In this document: positions 9,506-19,450 of the stretch, piece after piece
Numbering within the stretch: the stretch's first letter is position 1
Layout of the letters: each line of letters opens with the position of its first letter
Source of the DNA: Giardia intestinalis
Taxonomy: Eukaryota
Strand: one strand, 5' to 3'
Assembly (NCBI GenBank): GCA_000002435.2
Contig: CM018793.1
Length of the DNA stretch: 64,000 nt
Position numbers and translations under genes: made by a program
Notes under the pieces: model-generated
What the model was told of the DNA's origin: nothing
Seen by the model: only the letters and a program-made list of their open reading frames with translations
Database searches by the model: none

Positions 9506-11053
9506 ATGCATGTCTCTCTGGACATTGATGTGTCGCCGTCAAGTCGCCTACCTGCTGGTAAGTGGCTTGTAATTCGGGCTGGTGTTCAGGAAGCGGATCT
9601 GGAGACATTGCCCTCTCCAACTCAGAGGCCTCTTTTAGCAAAAGAGGTGCAGAAGGGGCCCCAGAAAACGCGTTGGTTCTTCACTAAGCTACTTGCCAAA
9701 GAGAAGGGTGAGCATCTGGATCATCACAGCTACACGCTGAGGGTCCCTAGAGCGGCTGCAGAGGTCGATGACCTTTCGTCCATACTGCTCGTCGATTTAC
9801 TTGTTCAAGGAGTACTGCCAAATGAGTGCGCAGAACACAAACATTCGTGGTTGGACACGCGTGCTGACAGCAACGACACTGTGCTGTTAGGTAGGTACAG
9901 GGTTAGCCTTGCAGATCTCTTGGGCTCGCGGGGACAATCACAGTCCGTTTCAATTACCTCCCTTATTGAGGACAGCAAGCTTGCCAACTTGGCAGTTCAG
10001 TACCAGCAGTTTGCAGGAACAAGGATGGATAAGCAGGTTATCGTGACAATGGACAGGCCAGGCGCAAGAGGGTACCTGTCCCTGTGTGTGTGCACAAAGG
10101 AAGCGGGACACGCCCTCTATGATGTGGTCTATCAAGATGTTGCTAGCGGCATGAAGACAGGCCCAACGTTTGAACTAACAATTCCATATGATATTCTCCT
10201 GTGCTACTTCTCGTCGTATGGACTGGCAATTGCAGATAAGGGAGAGACAGGTATTCCTTCTAGCAGTGTCATTAGTAATGCAGAGCTGAAGAAGATGGGA
10301 CAAGACCTTTTGCTTGGCCCTCGAGATAGTCAGGCATCAGTTCGTCTCTCTTCTAACACCTCTCTCAGCACCTCGTCCAAGCTAAAGCAATCTACAATCC
10401 GTCTAAAGTATATTGATAAGCAATGTAAAATTGACCAGATACTATATGTCATGATAGACGATTCAGTTTCACTACGCTTTGAATGCATCAAATTAGGAGT
10501 ACAGACAAGTGCTCGTATGCTTTTGCAAGCCATTTTTGAAAAGACCTCCCAACTGATTGGTGACATGGAACCAGGTCCAGATGAGCGGAAGAAACCCTCA
10601 TGGCGCATTCCATGGATGGAGGTTCCTGTCCCGGGGGTTAAGCGATTTCTTGAGGAGGCTATCGAGGTCCTTCATTCTCACATAGTAGATGATAACACAT
10701 TAGTGCGAGTCTCGGGCCTTTCGGAGCGTCCCTTTGGGCGGTTATCCTATGACACTGTTATATCTAAAAGAATATATGCGCTAGTGCTATCTAATGACGT
10801 GCTACACTCCATAGATCTTCATACTTGTATCAGCGAATGTAGTTCTGTGGTGTTTCTTCTATTCTGCTTCATGCACCGTGATTTGGACCCCGACAAGCTT
10901 CTGGCACAATACAGTAATGTTATTATATTTGATATTCTTCGACCTGACTATGACCAACTCCAGCACGTACTTCTTTCCATCTGCAGTTGCATTCGCTACA
11001 ATGCTGAAAGCGAAAAACGCAATCACTGTATCTGTGGATATCACATTGGCTAA
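9506..11053 (+). CDS. hypothetical protein
   Basis: Long ORF; the track start 9434 is TTG and the first ATG is at 9506 (MHVSLDID..). It is divergent from the kinase gene with a 57-nt AT-rich spacer. No confident domain assignment. Confidence 0.6.
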   Translation: MHVSLDIDVSPSSRLPAGKWLVIRAGVQEADLETLPSPTQRPLLAKEVQKGPQKTRWFFTKLLAKEKGEHLDHHSYTLRVPRAAAEVDDLSSILLVDLLVQGVLPNECAEHKHSWLDTRADSNDTVLLGRYRVSLADLLGSRGQSQSVSITSLIEDSKLANLAVQYQQFAGTRMDKQVIVTMDRPGARGYLSLCVCTKEAGHALYDVVYQDVASGMKTGPTFELTIPYDILLCYFSSYGLAIADKGETGIPSSSVISNAELKKMGQDLLLGPRDSQASVRLSSNTSLSTSSKLKQSTIRLKYIDKQCKIDQILYVMIDDSVSLRFECIKLGVQTSARMLLQAIFEKTSQLIGDMEPGPDERKKPSWRIPWMEVPVPGVKRFLEEAIEVLHSHIVDDNTLVRVSGLSERPFGRLSYDTVISKRIYALVLSNDVLHSIDLHTCISECSSVVFLLFCFMHRDLDPDKLLAQYSNVIIFDILRPDYDQLQHVLLSICSCIRYNAESEKRNHCICGYHIG

Positions 11054-11125
11054 AGGGTTATGCCCTGGACACCATTGGCTGCCTCGGATCAAGACTTCAA
11101 ATTAGAAATTCTAGCCAGAAAATAA

Positions 11126-11902
<777 letters not shown>

Positions 11903-11957
11903 GCATGTGGCTAAGCGTGTTGTAAGCTCTTGACCTCTGGGCTGTATCACATCCAAG

Positions 11958-11964
11958 AGTAAAT
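11958..11964 (+). promoter_or_regulatory. putative Giardia polyadenylation signal AGTAAAT downstream of tpi
   Basis: AGTRAAY-type motif 56 nt after the tpi stop and just upstream of the next gene's ATG. Confidence 0.35.
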
Positions 11965-11990
11965 TGACAAATAAAGGCGCTAGCAAATAA

Positions 11991-13796
11991 ATGGTGCTGG
12001 CCGTTCTGGCTCTTGCCCTGCTTTTCGCAAGCACCGCAGAGGCCCAGAATCTGGCCCTTGACGTTATCTCAGTCTCCGATACACATGGGTGGATTTATGG
12101 CCACAGACACCAGAAGGAGCTAGGAGACTACGGAACCCTTGTGTCTTACATCGAACGCACCAGGGACGAGGCAGCCAAGGATCCTGCGCGTGCCGTGCTG
12201 GCCATAGATGGCGGCGACCTCATTGAAGGTACGGGCCTCAGCGACGCAACGCCCATTAAAGGCATGTACATATACCAAGCCGCCAGTGAGGTAGGCTTCG
12301 ACCTCATAACAGTCGGCAATCACGATCTGGGGTCAGAATCCAGTACCGCATACATCCATGAGAAGATTGATGACATGTTCGGGGACGCCTATGTCTCAAC
12401 TAATACCTTCATGAACGCAGACAATTCTCCATTGGTGAAGAACCGCTACAAGCACATGACACTGAAGAATGGGCTCAACGTCCTTATGTTCGGGTTTCTG
12501 TATCGCAGTAGCTACGTATCATCGTACGTTGAGCGAGCCAGTGATATCATCAAGACCGCTGAGATTCAGGCGATCCTGGACAAGTACTTTGACAAGACAG
12601 ACGTCCTCGTGGTGGCCAATCACATGAGCTATTCAGATGGTGAGCTGGAGAACATCGTGAATGCATTTCGCTCATACTATGGCGGAAGGGGATATACTAT
12701 TCCAATAATTCTTATCGCTGCACACAGCCATCGCTTATATAACGACGCCTGTGCATTTGACCAGACCGGCCAGTGCTTTATTGTGGAGGCCGAGTGCTAC
12801 TTAAAGCGCATTCAGCACATCAAGTATAGCTTCACCCCCATACAATACATGGATACGAAAACTAGGGCTACAAGAACAGGCTATCAGATGGCCGTCCCAC
12901 CCACTGTCCTTACTCCTTCAAAGAACATACCAAAAACAATGGCAGACAGATTTGGCTTAGCCGTGGATCAATTTGACACACCAAAGGCAATAGCCCTACG
13001 GGAAAAGATACATGGCTGGGTTGACAGCCTCGACCTTAACCGTGTGCTCGGCTGCAGCAACTATTTATACTCCAAGTCTGTTGGGATGGAGTCCCCGACG
13101 TCTGTGTTCAATATTTGGCTCAATGCTGTCGTTCCAGCAGAGATTTATAATGATGACCGCCTGTCTAAGTGCACGCAGTTTCCAGTGACAGGGAGCTCGT
13201 CCGTCAGAGACTCCATCTACAAAGGAGAGTTCGTCGTCGACGACTCCTATAACGTGATGCCCTTTAAGAATTCATTTGTGTATATCGCAAATCTCACCGC
13301 AGAAGAGGTGGCCTGTGCATTTTCCGGTTCCATCCTGACATACACCGAAGAGGAACAGCTACAGAACATTTACACTTACGAGGCTGCTCGCGCCAGCATC
13401 CCGCGTTATGTTACCCCGATGGATCCCTCGTCTCTCCCATCTGACAGTTGCTATGACTTAATTCTCACTTCGTACGATGCTGACAAGTTTGCAGGCCGTT
13501 TTAGAAAGGGAGGGAGCTGCTATAGTATGGTTGACCCATCTAAATCGTATCTTGCGGTGGACTACCCTACTCAGCCGAGGCCAAATGTTACAACAGAGGA
13601 GCTACTTCCAGACTTCTTTTCCAAATATATGCCCTGCTATACATCCCAATCTGTCGATGGGGTATCAGGCCAAGAAGCTGCTACAACCAGGAGCACCATG
13701 CGCATCGTATTCTTCTCTCTCAGCTTCATAGTACTTGCTGCAGTTGTTGCTGCACTAATTGGACTTATTCTCTTCTGCTGCCGCAGAAAGTCATGA
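11991..13796 (+). CDS. membrane-anchored calcineurin-like metallophosphoesterase (5'-nucleotidase-like), paralog A
   Basis: Signal peptide MVLAVLALALLFASTAEA. Metallophosphoesterase motifs D-x-H (SVSDTHGW), GDxxE (IDGGDLIEGTG) and GNHD (TVGNHDLG). C-terminal TM helix IVFFSLSFIVLAAVVAALIGLILF plus CCRRKS. About 50% identical to the ORF at 33421..35325. Confidence 0.8.
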   Translation: MVLAVLALALLFASTAEAQNLALDVISVSDTHGWIYGHRHQKELGDYGTLVSYIERTRDEAAKDPARAVLAIDGGDLIEGTGLSDATPIKGMYIYQAASEVGFDLITVGNHDLGSESSTAYIHEKIDDMFGDAYVSTNTFMNADNSPLVKNRYKHMTLKNGLNVLMFGFLYRSSYVSSYVERASDIIKTAEIQAILDKYFDKTDVLVVANHMSYSDGELENIVNAFRSYYGGRGYTIPIILIAAHSHRLYNDACAFDQTGQCFIVEAECYLKRIQHIKYSFTPIQYMDTKTRATRTGYQMAVPPTVLTPSKNIPKTMADRFGLAVDQFDTPKAIALREKIHGWVDSLDLNRVLGCSNYLYSKSVGMESPTSVFNIWLNAVVPAEIYNDDRLSKCTQFPVTGSSSVRDSIYKGEFVVDDSYNVMPFKNSFVYIANLTAEEVACAFSGSILTYTEEEQLQNIYTYEAARASIPRYVTPMDPSSLPSDSCYDLILTSYDADKFAGRFRKGGSCYSMVDPSKSYLAVDYPTQPRPNVTTEELLPDFFSKYMPCYTSQSVDGVSGQEAATTRSTMRIVFFSLSFIVLAAVVAALIGLILFCCRRKS

Positions 13797-13838
13797 GCTA
13801 CTGCCCTGGAGGTTGTCTTTGGCCGCTGTATATTCGGG

Positions 13839-13845
13839 AGTAAAC
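13839..13845 (+). promoter_or_regulatory. putative polyadenylation signal AGTAAAC
   Basis: AGTRAAY consensus about 40 nt after the stop at 13796. Confidence 0.35.
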
Positions 13846-14110
13846 ACCTGCCTGACTCATTGACTGAGCCAGTAGCGGGAGTGTTAATTGTCACCTGTTC
13901 TGAAGTCGTGATCAACCCACGGTGCAAAGCCGGAGCTACAGCTGAACTAAAACCTAATTCCATCAATAGCGATTAGCCAATTGCAATCTATCACACAATT
14001 ACACAATTCACTGATAATAAAATTCCTTTTTCAAAAAAGCCCAATCCTATGAATCCATAGACTGAAAGGCTACTTTAGCGAAGACTAAATGGAACCCATG
14101 CACGGATAGT

Positions 14111-15724
14111 TCACCTAAATAGTCCCCGCTCTCCTCTAATGTTAACAATTGACACAGACGGCTGAGACTCAGCTTGAGATCCCGGCCTGCTAACCCTCCA
14201 CCTCTTGCTTTTGATAGTCACAACAAGGATGGCTATGAGAAGGACTACAGCAAGGGATAGTATGGTGCACGTTGCCATTATGATCACGAATGCCTTTTGC
14301 TCTGTCTTTAGATCGACCTCGATCGGATCTGGATCAAGAGAGTCCTCGTCGCCTCGTTCCAAGATCCCGCTCCAAACAGTAGAAGAGTCAGCAGGCTTCC
14401 GCTGGACATATGGCCTATACATCTCGTATCCTGCTAATGGGAAGTAGGCTGGTATCTCCGTGTATAGAGTCTCCTCAATGCACATAGAATTCTTGCCTAT
14501 TGCCGCGTAGAAGTGGCCATGACTCCCCCATAGATCTCCCCACGAATTCCGAACAACCCAAACGTCGATGCCACTATAGGTGCCGTACCCAATGATGAGG
14601 ACTTGATGAATAGCAGCCCGGTCACCATGCTTACATGGTATGTCTAAGATTCCCCTATTATACATTGCAATCCTTCTCAGATACTCATCCCCGAGCGTGG
14701 ATATGTGCAGGGTGGCAACGACAGGTATTCCTTGGGCCAACAGTGATTTCATAATCTTAATCGCCTTCCCGAACGCCCACACAGGAGATAGTATGTCGTA
14801 GATGTAGATAAGTGAGGTCTTGCACGCTGACACTGTGACATAGTTTCCTGGGAGGAAAGGGTTTGATACCTTGCACGAGAAGTCGTCTACAATGGAGTCT
14901 GGATTGTGGTATGTGTCTTTCATCATAAACGGAAAGTTCTCAAGGGACTCCACAGTGTCCATGTACGGATTGTTGGCAAGATCAAGGGACAGGAACAGGT
15001 AGTTCCCGCCCTCGCAGCAATTATTTATCCCAAACGAAGATTTGTTTAGAAAGTACTGCTCCGAAGCATTGAACTGAGGGTCCTTGAAAACGCTGTCGAC
15101 GTCACCGTTGTTCTTAAAGTATTCACGAGTCGACCGTATCGTCGCCTCAAAGAGTCCCGCACTCGCCATTGCCCAGCTACAGCCACACAGACCCTGGTTC
15201 CTGGCTCTGTCCACCAGGCCCAGCTCGCGAAAGTCAACCGAAGGCGGAAGCTTTGACAAGATTGGAAGCGGATTGGCACGTACATAGACTATTGGTGTGT
15301 GACTTCCACAGCTACTCGCTACCAGCGGTCCTCTGTGCACGATTTTCTTAATCATGTGTGCAATCCGTCGCCATCTGCTATCAAATTTAATAATATACTT
15401 AGATCTGTGGTGTGGTGACACACTCGGAATAATGTCTTTGTGCAAAACAGGGTTAAGAGTATAAACTACATTCTCCTCTGTCCACGTAAGAATGTCTATG
15501 AGGTGGGTGATGCTTCGGGCGTGAGAGACATTAAAACGCTCCAAATTCTCAACGAAGTGCCGAAGTGCTCTCGCATATCCAGTGGCACACTCGTAGTTGT
15601 GTCCAAAATGCATGTTGTACTCGTCAAAAAGGCACTTATATCTATTTTCTGTAGTCTCTGAAACCGCAGATGCCCTTGCATGTCCTACTAAAAGATATAG
15701 AACAACTAAATTCAAGAAGGGCAT
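14111..15724 (-). CDS. papain-family (C1) cysteine protease, cathepsin-L-like, with signal peptide and C-terminal transmembrane anchor
   Basis: 537 aa. Catalytic Cys motif QGLCGCSWAMAS, catalytic His (HQVLIIGYG) and Asn (NSWGDLWGSHGHFY). ERFNIN-like propeptide segment (FVENLERFNVSHARS). C-terminal hydrophobic helix FVIIMATCTILSLAVVLLIAILVV. ATG with an AT-rich leader. Confidence 0.8.
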   Translation of the reverse strand: MPFLNLVVLYLLVGHARASAVSETTENRYKCLFDEYNMHFGHNYECATGYARALRHFVENLERFNVSHARSITHLIDILTWTEENVVYTLNPVLHKDIIPSVSPHHRSKYIIKFDSRWRRIAHMIKKIVHRGPLVASSCGSHTPIVYVRANPLPILSKLPPSVDFRELGLVDRARNQGLCGCSWAMASAGLFEATIRSTREYFKNNGDVDSVFKDPQFNASEQYFLNKSSFGINNCCEGGNYLFLSLDLANNPYMDTVESLENFPFMMKDTYHNPDSIVDDFSCKVSNPFLPGNYVTVSACKTSLIYIYDILSPVWAFGKAIKIMKSLLAQGIPVVATLHISTLGDEYLRRIAMYNRGILDIPCKHGDRAAIHQVLIIGYGTYSGIDVWVVRNSWGDLWGSHGHFYAAIGKNSMCIEETLYTEIPAYFPLAGYEMYRPYVQRKPADSSTVWSGILERGDEDSLDPDPIEVDLKTEQKAFVIIMATCTILSLAVVLLIAILVVTIKSKRWRVSRPGSQAESQPSVSIVNIRGERGLFR

Positions 15725-16101
15725 CAGTAATTTTAAAATCGGTTAATGAGCCACATTAGCCAATGCAATATGTGTCACAGAACGAGCGGGCCTGAGAAGC
15801 CTTAGCAATGTAAAAAAGACGAGAAACACTTTTAATTAAAAGGCATTCATTCAGCACATTTTGTGAAGAACATTTAACATTTTTATAAAGCCAGTCAGCT
15901 CTCCAGGTGGTGAAAGCTATGGATCATAGAGTCAATCAAGATATGACCTGTTAAAAGCAATTACGTTAAACACGTCTATTAACGTAGTATTTATTGAGTA
16001 GATGCTACAGAGCACAGAAGTACGTGTGGGGTGCGAAGGGGGCAGACAATATGTTGCGGGCCGCTTCTGCTACGGGATGTATGCCAAAAAAATTCTAGGG
16101 C

Positions 16102-17679
16102 ATGAAGCCCCACACACTAGCGTCAAACCTAATTGCAGCGGCTCGTCTGGGTGATATTGGTGCACTGAAGAATGCGCTACCGAACGAGGTCGGAAAGCTG
16201 GGCCCAGACGGCCTTTCTGCGCTCCACGTGGCCATCTTGGCTAATCACGAGGAATGCTGCTTTCTACTCGCCCCTTATGAGGCTCTTATATGTACTAAAG
16301 ATGGCGTGAGTCCTCTTGTGCTTGCCATCCGGGTGGGGAACGAGATTTTGGTAGAAATGTTGTTAGAATTTTGTGAGGACACAGAAACGCAAGGTACGCT
16401 TTCGTTGCTGGATGAGGCTGTTCTCTGTGATAATTTGGGCATACTCAGGCTGCTTCTTACTCGAGACTTTACAATGGAGCAAGTTCTGCAAGCGTTGAGA
16501 ACCGCACATAAAGGGACTTCTTACGACAGTGTGCATACAATACTATCTGACTACCTACTCACACACTGGGGAGATGCTCACACTGCTAAGAATAAAACCC
16601 TCCGCGTGCCACCTGAACCCAATGCCAAGGTCAATCATACGACATCTACAAAAGAGGTAATGAGAAACACAGCCCCGCTGAGTATTTCTCAGCTACAGCA
16701 GAATCTACCGGAGGAATCTGTCGCTGCAACATCGCAGACAGACATGGGGCATTCGGACACGAATCGCACAGTCACCAAAACCGCCGAAAGATCAAGCGCT
16801 CCCCATTTACCAACAGAGGAGAGCTTGAGAAAAATGTCAAAGGAACATTTAATAGGCCTTTGCCAACAGTTGCAAGAAGAGCTCAAGGTCACTACCATGG
16901 AAGCTGACCGGTTGGAACGGATCCTGGCCGAAGTTAACAATGCAGAAACAAGCATGCTGCAAGCTTCTCGCGCACTATTGTCTCCGGTTAGATCGGCTGC
17001 TCAGCCAAGTCCTCAAACTAAGACAACCGGGACAAGTCCGGTACCCGGGGCAAAGGATGTCGGAGAAGCAGAGCTAGTGTCACTAGAGTCTTACAAGCAA
17101 TTGCAAAATGTTCTAATGGATCTGCAGATCACATTCGAAGGAATGCAGAGAAGAATGACTGAGGTTGAACTGGCATACACACAAGAAAAAAGAAACTCAA
17201 GGGAGCTAAGGGAGAAATTGAGAGAGAGGTTGAAGGACAAGCCTATCAGCGCGCAGCCCCACAATATCTTGGTTCAGAGACGGCCAACTAGTGCCCAGGC
17301 CTCTCATGCAACGCAATCATCACACGCATCGCAGCTTCGAGCAAGCTCTCTTAAGAAGGGACTTCCTACCCCAACATCCATCGCCATTCGTTTAGCAGCG
17401 CCAACCGCTGCGAGATCGAAAGAGTCAGAAATAGAGAGACTGAGGATGGAAATCATATCAAAGAACACGGAAATACTCAGTATCCAGGCACAAATACACA
17501 GCCTGGAGCATGCGTCACTGCATACCTATGGAGCCGTGCAAGATAAGAATCTTATCATAGAGGCCAGAGAGCGCTTAGAGAGAGCTAAGCACCGTTCGCG
17601 CGTCGCACAAGTGCAGTTGGATAAGCTGCTTATGAGCAGCAGTCATGCAACCCCACAACGACTTAGGGCTCATGCGTGA
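16102..17679 (+). CDS. ankyrin-repeat plus coiled-coil protein (Giardia protein 21.1-like)
   Basis: N-terminal ANK-like repeats (GLSALHVAILANHEECCFLL.., GVSPLVLAIRVGNEILVEMLL), then long heptad/charged coiled-coil-type sequence. ATG after aaaaaaattctagggc. Confidence 0.7.
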   Translation: MKPHTLASNLIAAARLGDIGALKNALPNEVGKLGPDGLSALHVAILANHEECCFLLAPYEALICTKDGVSPLVLAIRVGNEILVEMLLEFCEDTETQGTLSLLDEAVLCDNLGILRLLLTRDFTMEQVLQALRTAHKGTSYDSVHTILSDYLLTHWGDAHTAKNKTLRVPPEPNAKVNHTTSTKEVMRNTAPLSISQLQQNLPEESVAATSQTDMGHSDTNRTVTKTAERSSAPHLPTEESLRKMSKEHLIGLCQQLQEELKVTTMEADRLERILAEVNNAETSMLQASRALLSPVRSAAQPSPQTKTTGTSPVPGAKDVGEAELVSLESYKQLQNVLMDLQITFEGMQRRMTEVELAYTQEKRNSRELREKLRERLKDKPISAQPHNILVQRRPTSAQASHATQSSHASQLRASSLKKGLPTPTSIAIRLAAPTAARSKESEIERLRMEIISKNTEILSIQAQIHSLEHASLHTYGAVQDKNLIIEARERLERAKHRSRVAQVQLDKLLMSSSHATPQRLRAHA

Positions 17680-17696
17680 GCGAGTTAAGTCCTTAC

Positions 17697-18782
17697 TTAG
17701 CCACGGTCTATCCAATTGTCCAGAGGCACAACATAAGGCTGGAAAGGAACGTGGGACGACGCGTCGTCGCTCAAGTGGCATGTGCGACAGATACCTTTAA
17801 TGTTTAGACGTAACCACGGGCGATGACATTGCGCACACTGATGGAGGGCACCTTTTGTATACTTCTGCGCTCTGTAACGTGACATGCATACAGAGCAGAA
17901 CTCTAGCCCACTTGACTTAGATTTCTGTGTTTCTCCACTCTTGCAGAAGGGAGTGCAGTGGGGCCCTGCAGAAGCACGATATGCTTTTATTTCATTGCAA
18001 ATGGGGCAGATTGACCTGTTGTCTCCGAACTCTGACAACGGAGTGCAGTAGGGGTGACACCTGTCAATTGATCGGGAGCTTAAGTAGTCGGACGAAGAGT
18101 GGGCAAAATTGCCATACTTGTGCTGTGAAGAGCACTCTCTGCCTGCTGCACTTCCAGAGTATCCCCCCGTGAGTGAACTCGTTGCGTTCTGAGAGGAACC
18201 AACCCCTGTAGTGTCTTCTGCTGAGGCCTTGCTGTGATACAAATGAGACACGTGTAACAAGTCTCCGATGTCCCCCGCAGTCCCCATATTGTTCACACCA
18301 GATGACCGCGTGCCCCCCTCCTTCGTCACCACGATGCTGCGGTTGGTTTCGGAGGATGAGGGACAGGTCCGGGACTCCTGAAGAAGTCTCTGACGTTCTC
18401 TCTCAGAAACTGTCTTCGATATGGCAGTGTGCATGATAGATGACTCCTTCGGCATCAGCGAGAGAATGGACAGGGAATACTTCTTGTCACTTGTGGCCCT
18501 GTTTTCCAAGATCTCCGCATCAGAGGAACGAGTAAGGTCCAGCGTCGGAAAGACCACGTCATCCGCCGTAAATATGTCTGCCACAGTGTTATTAGGAAGT
18601 AGGTCATTGAAAAAGCCGTCTTTCAAGCCGAGTATAGATATGTATTCGTCCCTCGATTCAACAACGTCGAAGAGGGCGTTTGTCTCTTGCTCGATGCACT
18701 GTGAGAGCTGCTCTATGCTATCTAAGGGCTGCACCTCAACATAGAAACTAAATCCGTCCCCCAGATAGACGTGGAGCCGCAT
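17697..18782 (-). CDS. hypothetical protein with C-terminal Cys-rich zinc-finger-like region
   Basis: 361 aa. C-terminal CPICN..C..FC..CSVC..CAQCH..CRTCH cluster; N-terminus may be a ubiquitin-like/PB1-type fold. Its stop lies 17 nt from the convergent upstream gene. Confidence 0.6.
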   Translation of the reverse strand: MRLHVYLGDGFSFYVEVQPLDSIEQLSQCIEQETNALFDVVESRDEYISILGLKDGFFNDLLPNNTVADIFTADDVVFPTLDLTRSSDAEILENRATSDKKYSLSILSLMPKESSIMHTAISKTVSERERQRLLQESRTCPSSSETNRSIVVTKEGGTRSSGVNNMGTAGDIGDLLHVSHLYHSKASAEDTTGVGSSQNATSSLTGGYSGSAAGRECSSQHKYGNFAHSSSDYLSSRSIDRCHPYCTPLSEFGDNRSICPICNEIKAYRASAGPHCTPFCKSGETQKSKSSGLEFCSVCMSRYRAQKYTKGALHQCAQCHRPWLRLNIKGICRTCHLSDDASSHVPFQPYVVPLDNWIDRG

Positions 18783-18814
18783 TACTATGTGCTAAAGGGC
18801 TTTTTTATAAAGTG

Positions 18815-19450
18815 ATGGGAGAAGGCGCACCAGCCCAAGTAAACCATCGCCGCGTGGCACCAGAGATGGAGCTACAGATCCTCCTTCCGTGGTATATCCC
18901 TCGGCTTAGCAGTGCACTTGAGGAAGGAGGTTTGGTGCTTCCCGCGGATGTAAACATTATGGATTTAGCACGGGCCATTCTGCTCAATCTTTTAAGACAC
19001 GACGCTCCTTTCCCTCAGCGCAAGCGGTTAGAGGCACTGATAAATGAGGCGATTGAATTGGTATATAATTGTCCTCCCCCATTTTATCTACTCCCAAGGA
19101 ATGCCAAGACAGAGCTCAATCTGCTTGCAGATGAAGTAAGACAGATTATTTCTGCCGGTGTGCGCAGCAAAAACCCTGCGTTTGGACGCTTCAAGGTGCT
19201 TGGTCCGGCAAAGACCCAACAGGCACTCTCAAGGGCGGTATCAACCACATACTTGGAGTACGAGCAGGCGATCACTAGCAAGGCCAAAGATCCTACAGCC
19301 TCCATTTCAGATAGATTGTCAGAGGCCTCACGCTCATTCAAGGGCTTTCGAGCATACCTCAAAGAAAACCTATACGCTACCCTCAAGCGGGATGACATAG
19401 CTTTCTCTACCCTCACAGATAATAATTCACATTTGTTCGGAGGTCGCTAA
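18815..19450 (+). CDS. hypothetical protein
   Basis: The track start 18812 is GTG; the ATG is at 18815. It is divergent from 17697..18782 with a 32-nt AT-rich spacer. Its 3' end overlaps the convergent TBC gene by 24 nt. Confidence 0.5.
   Translation: MGEGAPAQVNHRRVAPEMELQILLPWYIPRLSSALEEGGLVLPADVNIMDLARAILLNLLRHDAPFPQRKRLEALINEAIELVYNCPPPFYLLPRNAKTELNLLADEVRQIISAGVRSKNPAFGRFKVLGPAKTQQALSRAVSTTYLEYEQAITSKAKDPTASISDRLSEASRSFKGFRAYLKENLYATLKRDDIAFSTLTDNNSHLFGGR

Noticed and set aside
15725-16101. tRNA, snoRNA or other structured RNA in the 377-nt divergent spacer (includes 8-bp inverted repeat TACGTTAA-10nt-TTAACGTA at 15962..15986)
   Set aside because: No cloverleaf-compatible arrangement or box C/D (RTGATGA...CTGA) pairing could be found by eye, and the hairpin is short. 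Left as ordinary promoter sequence.
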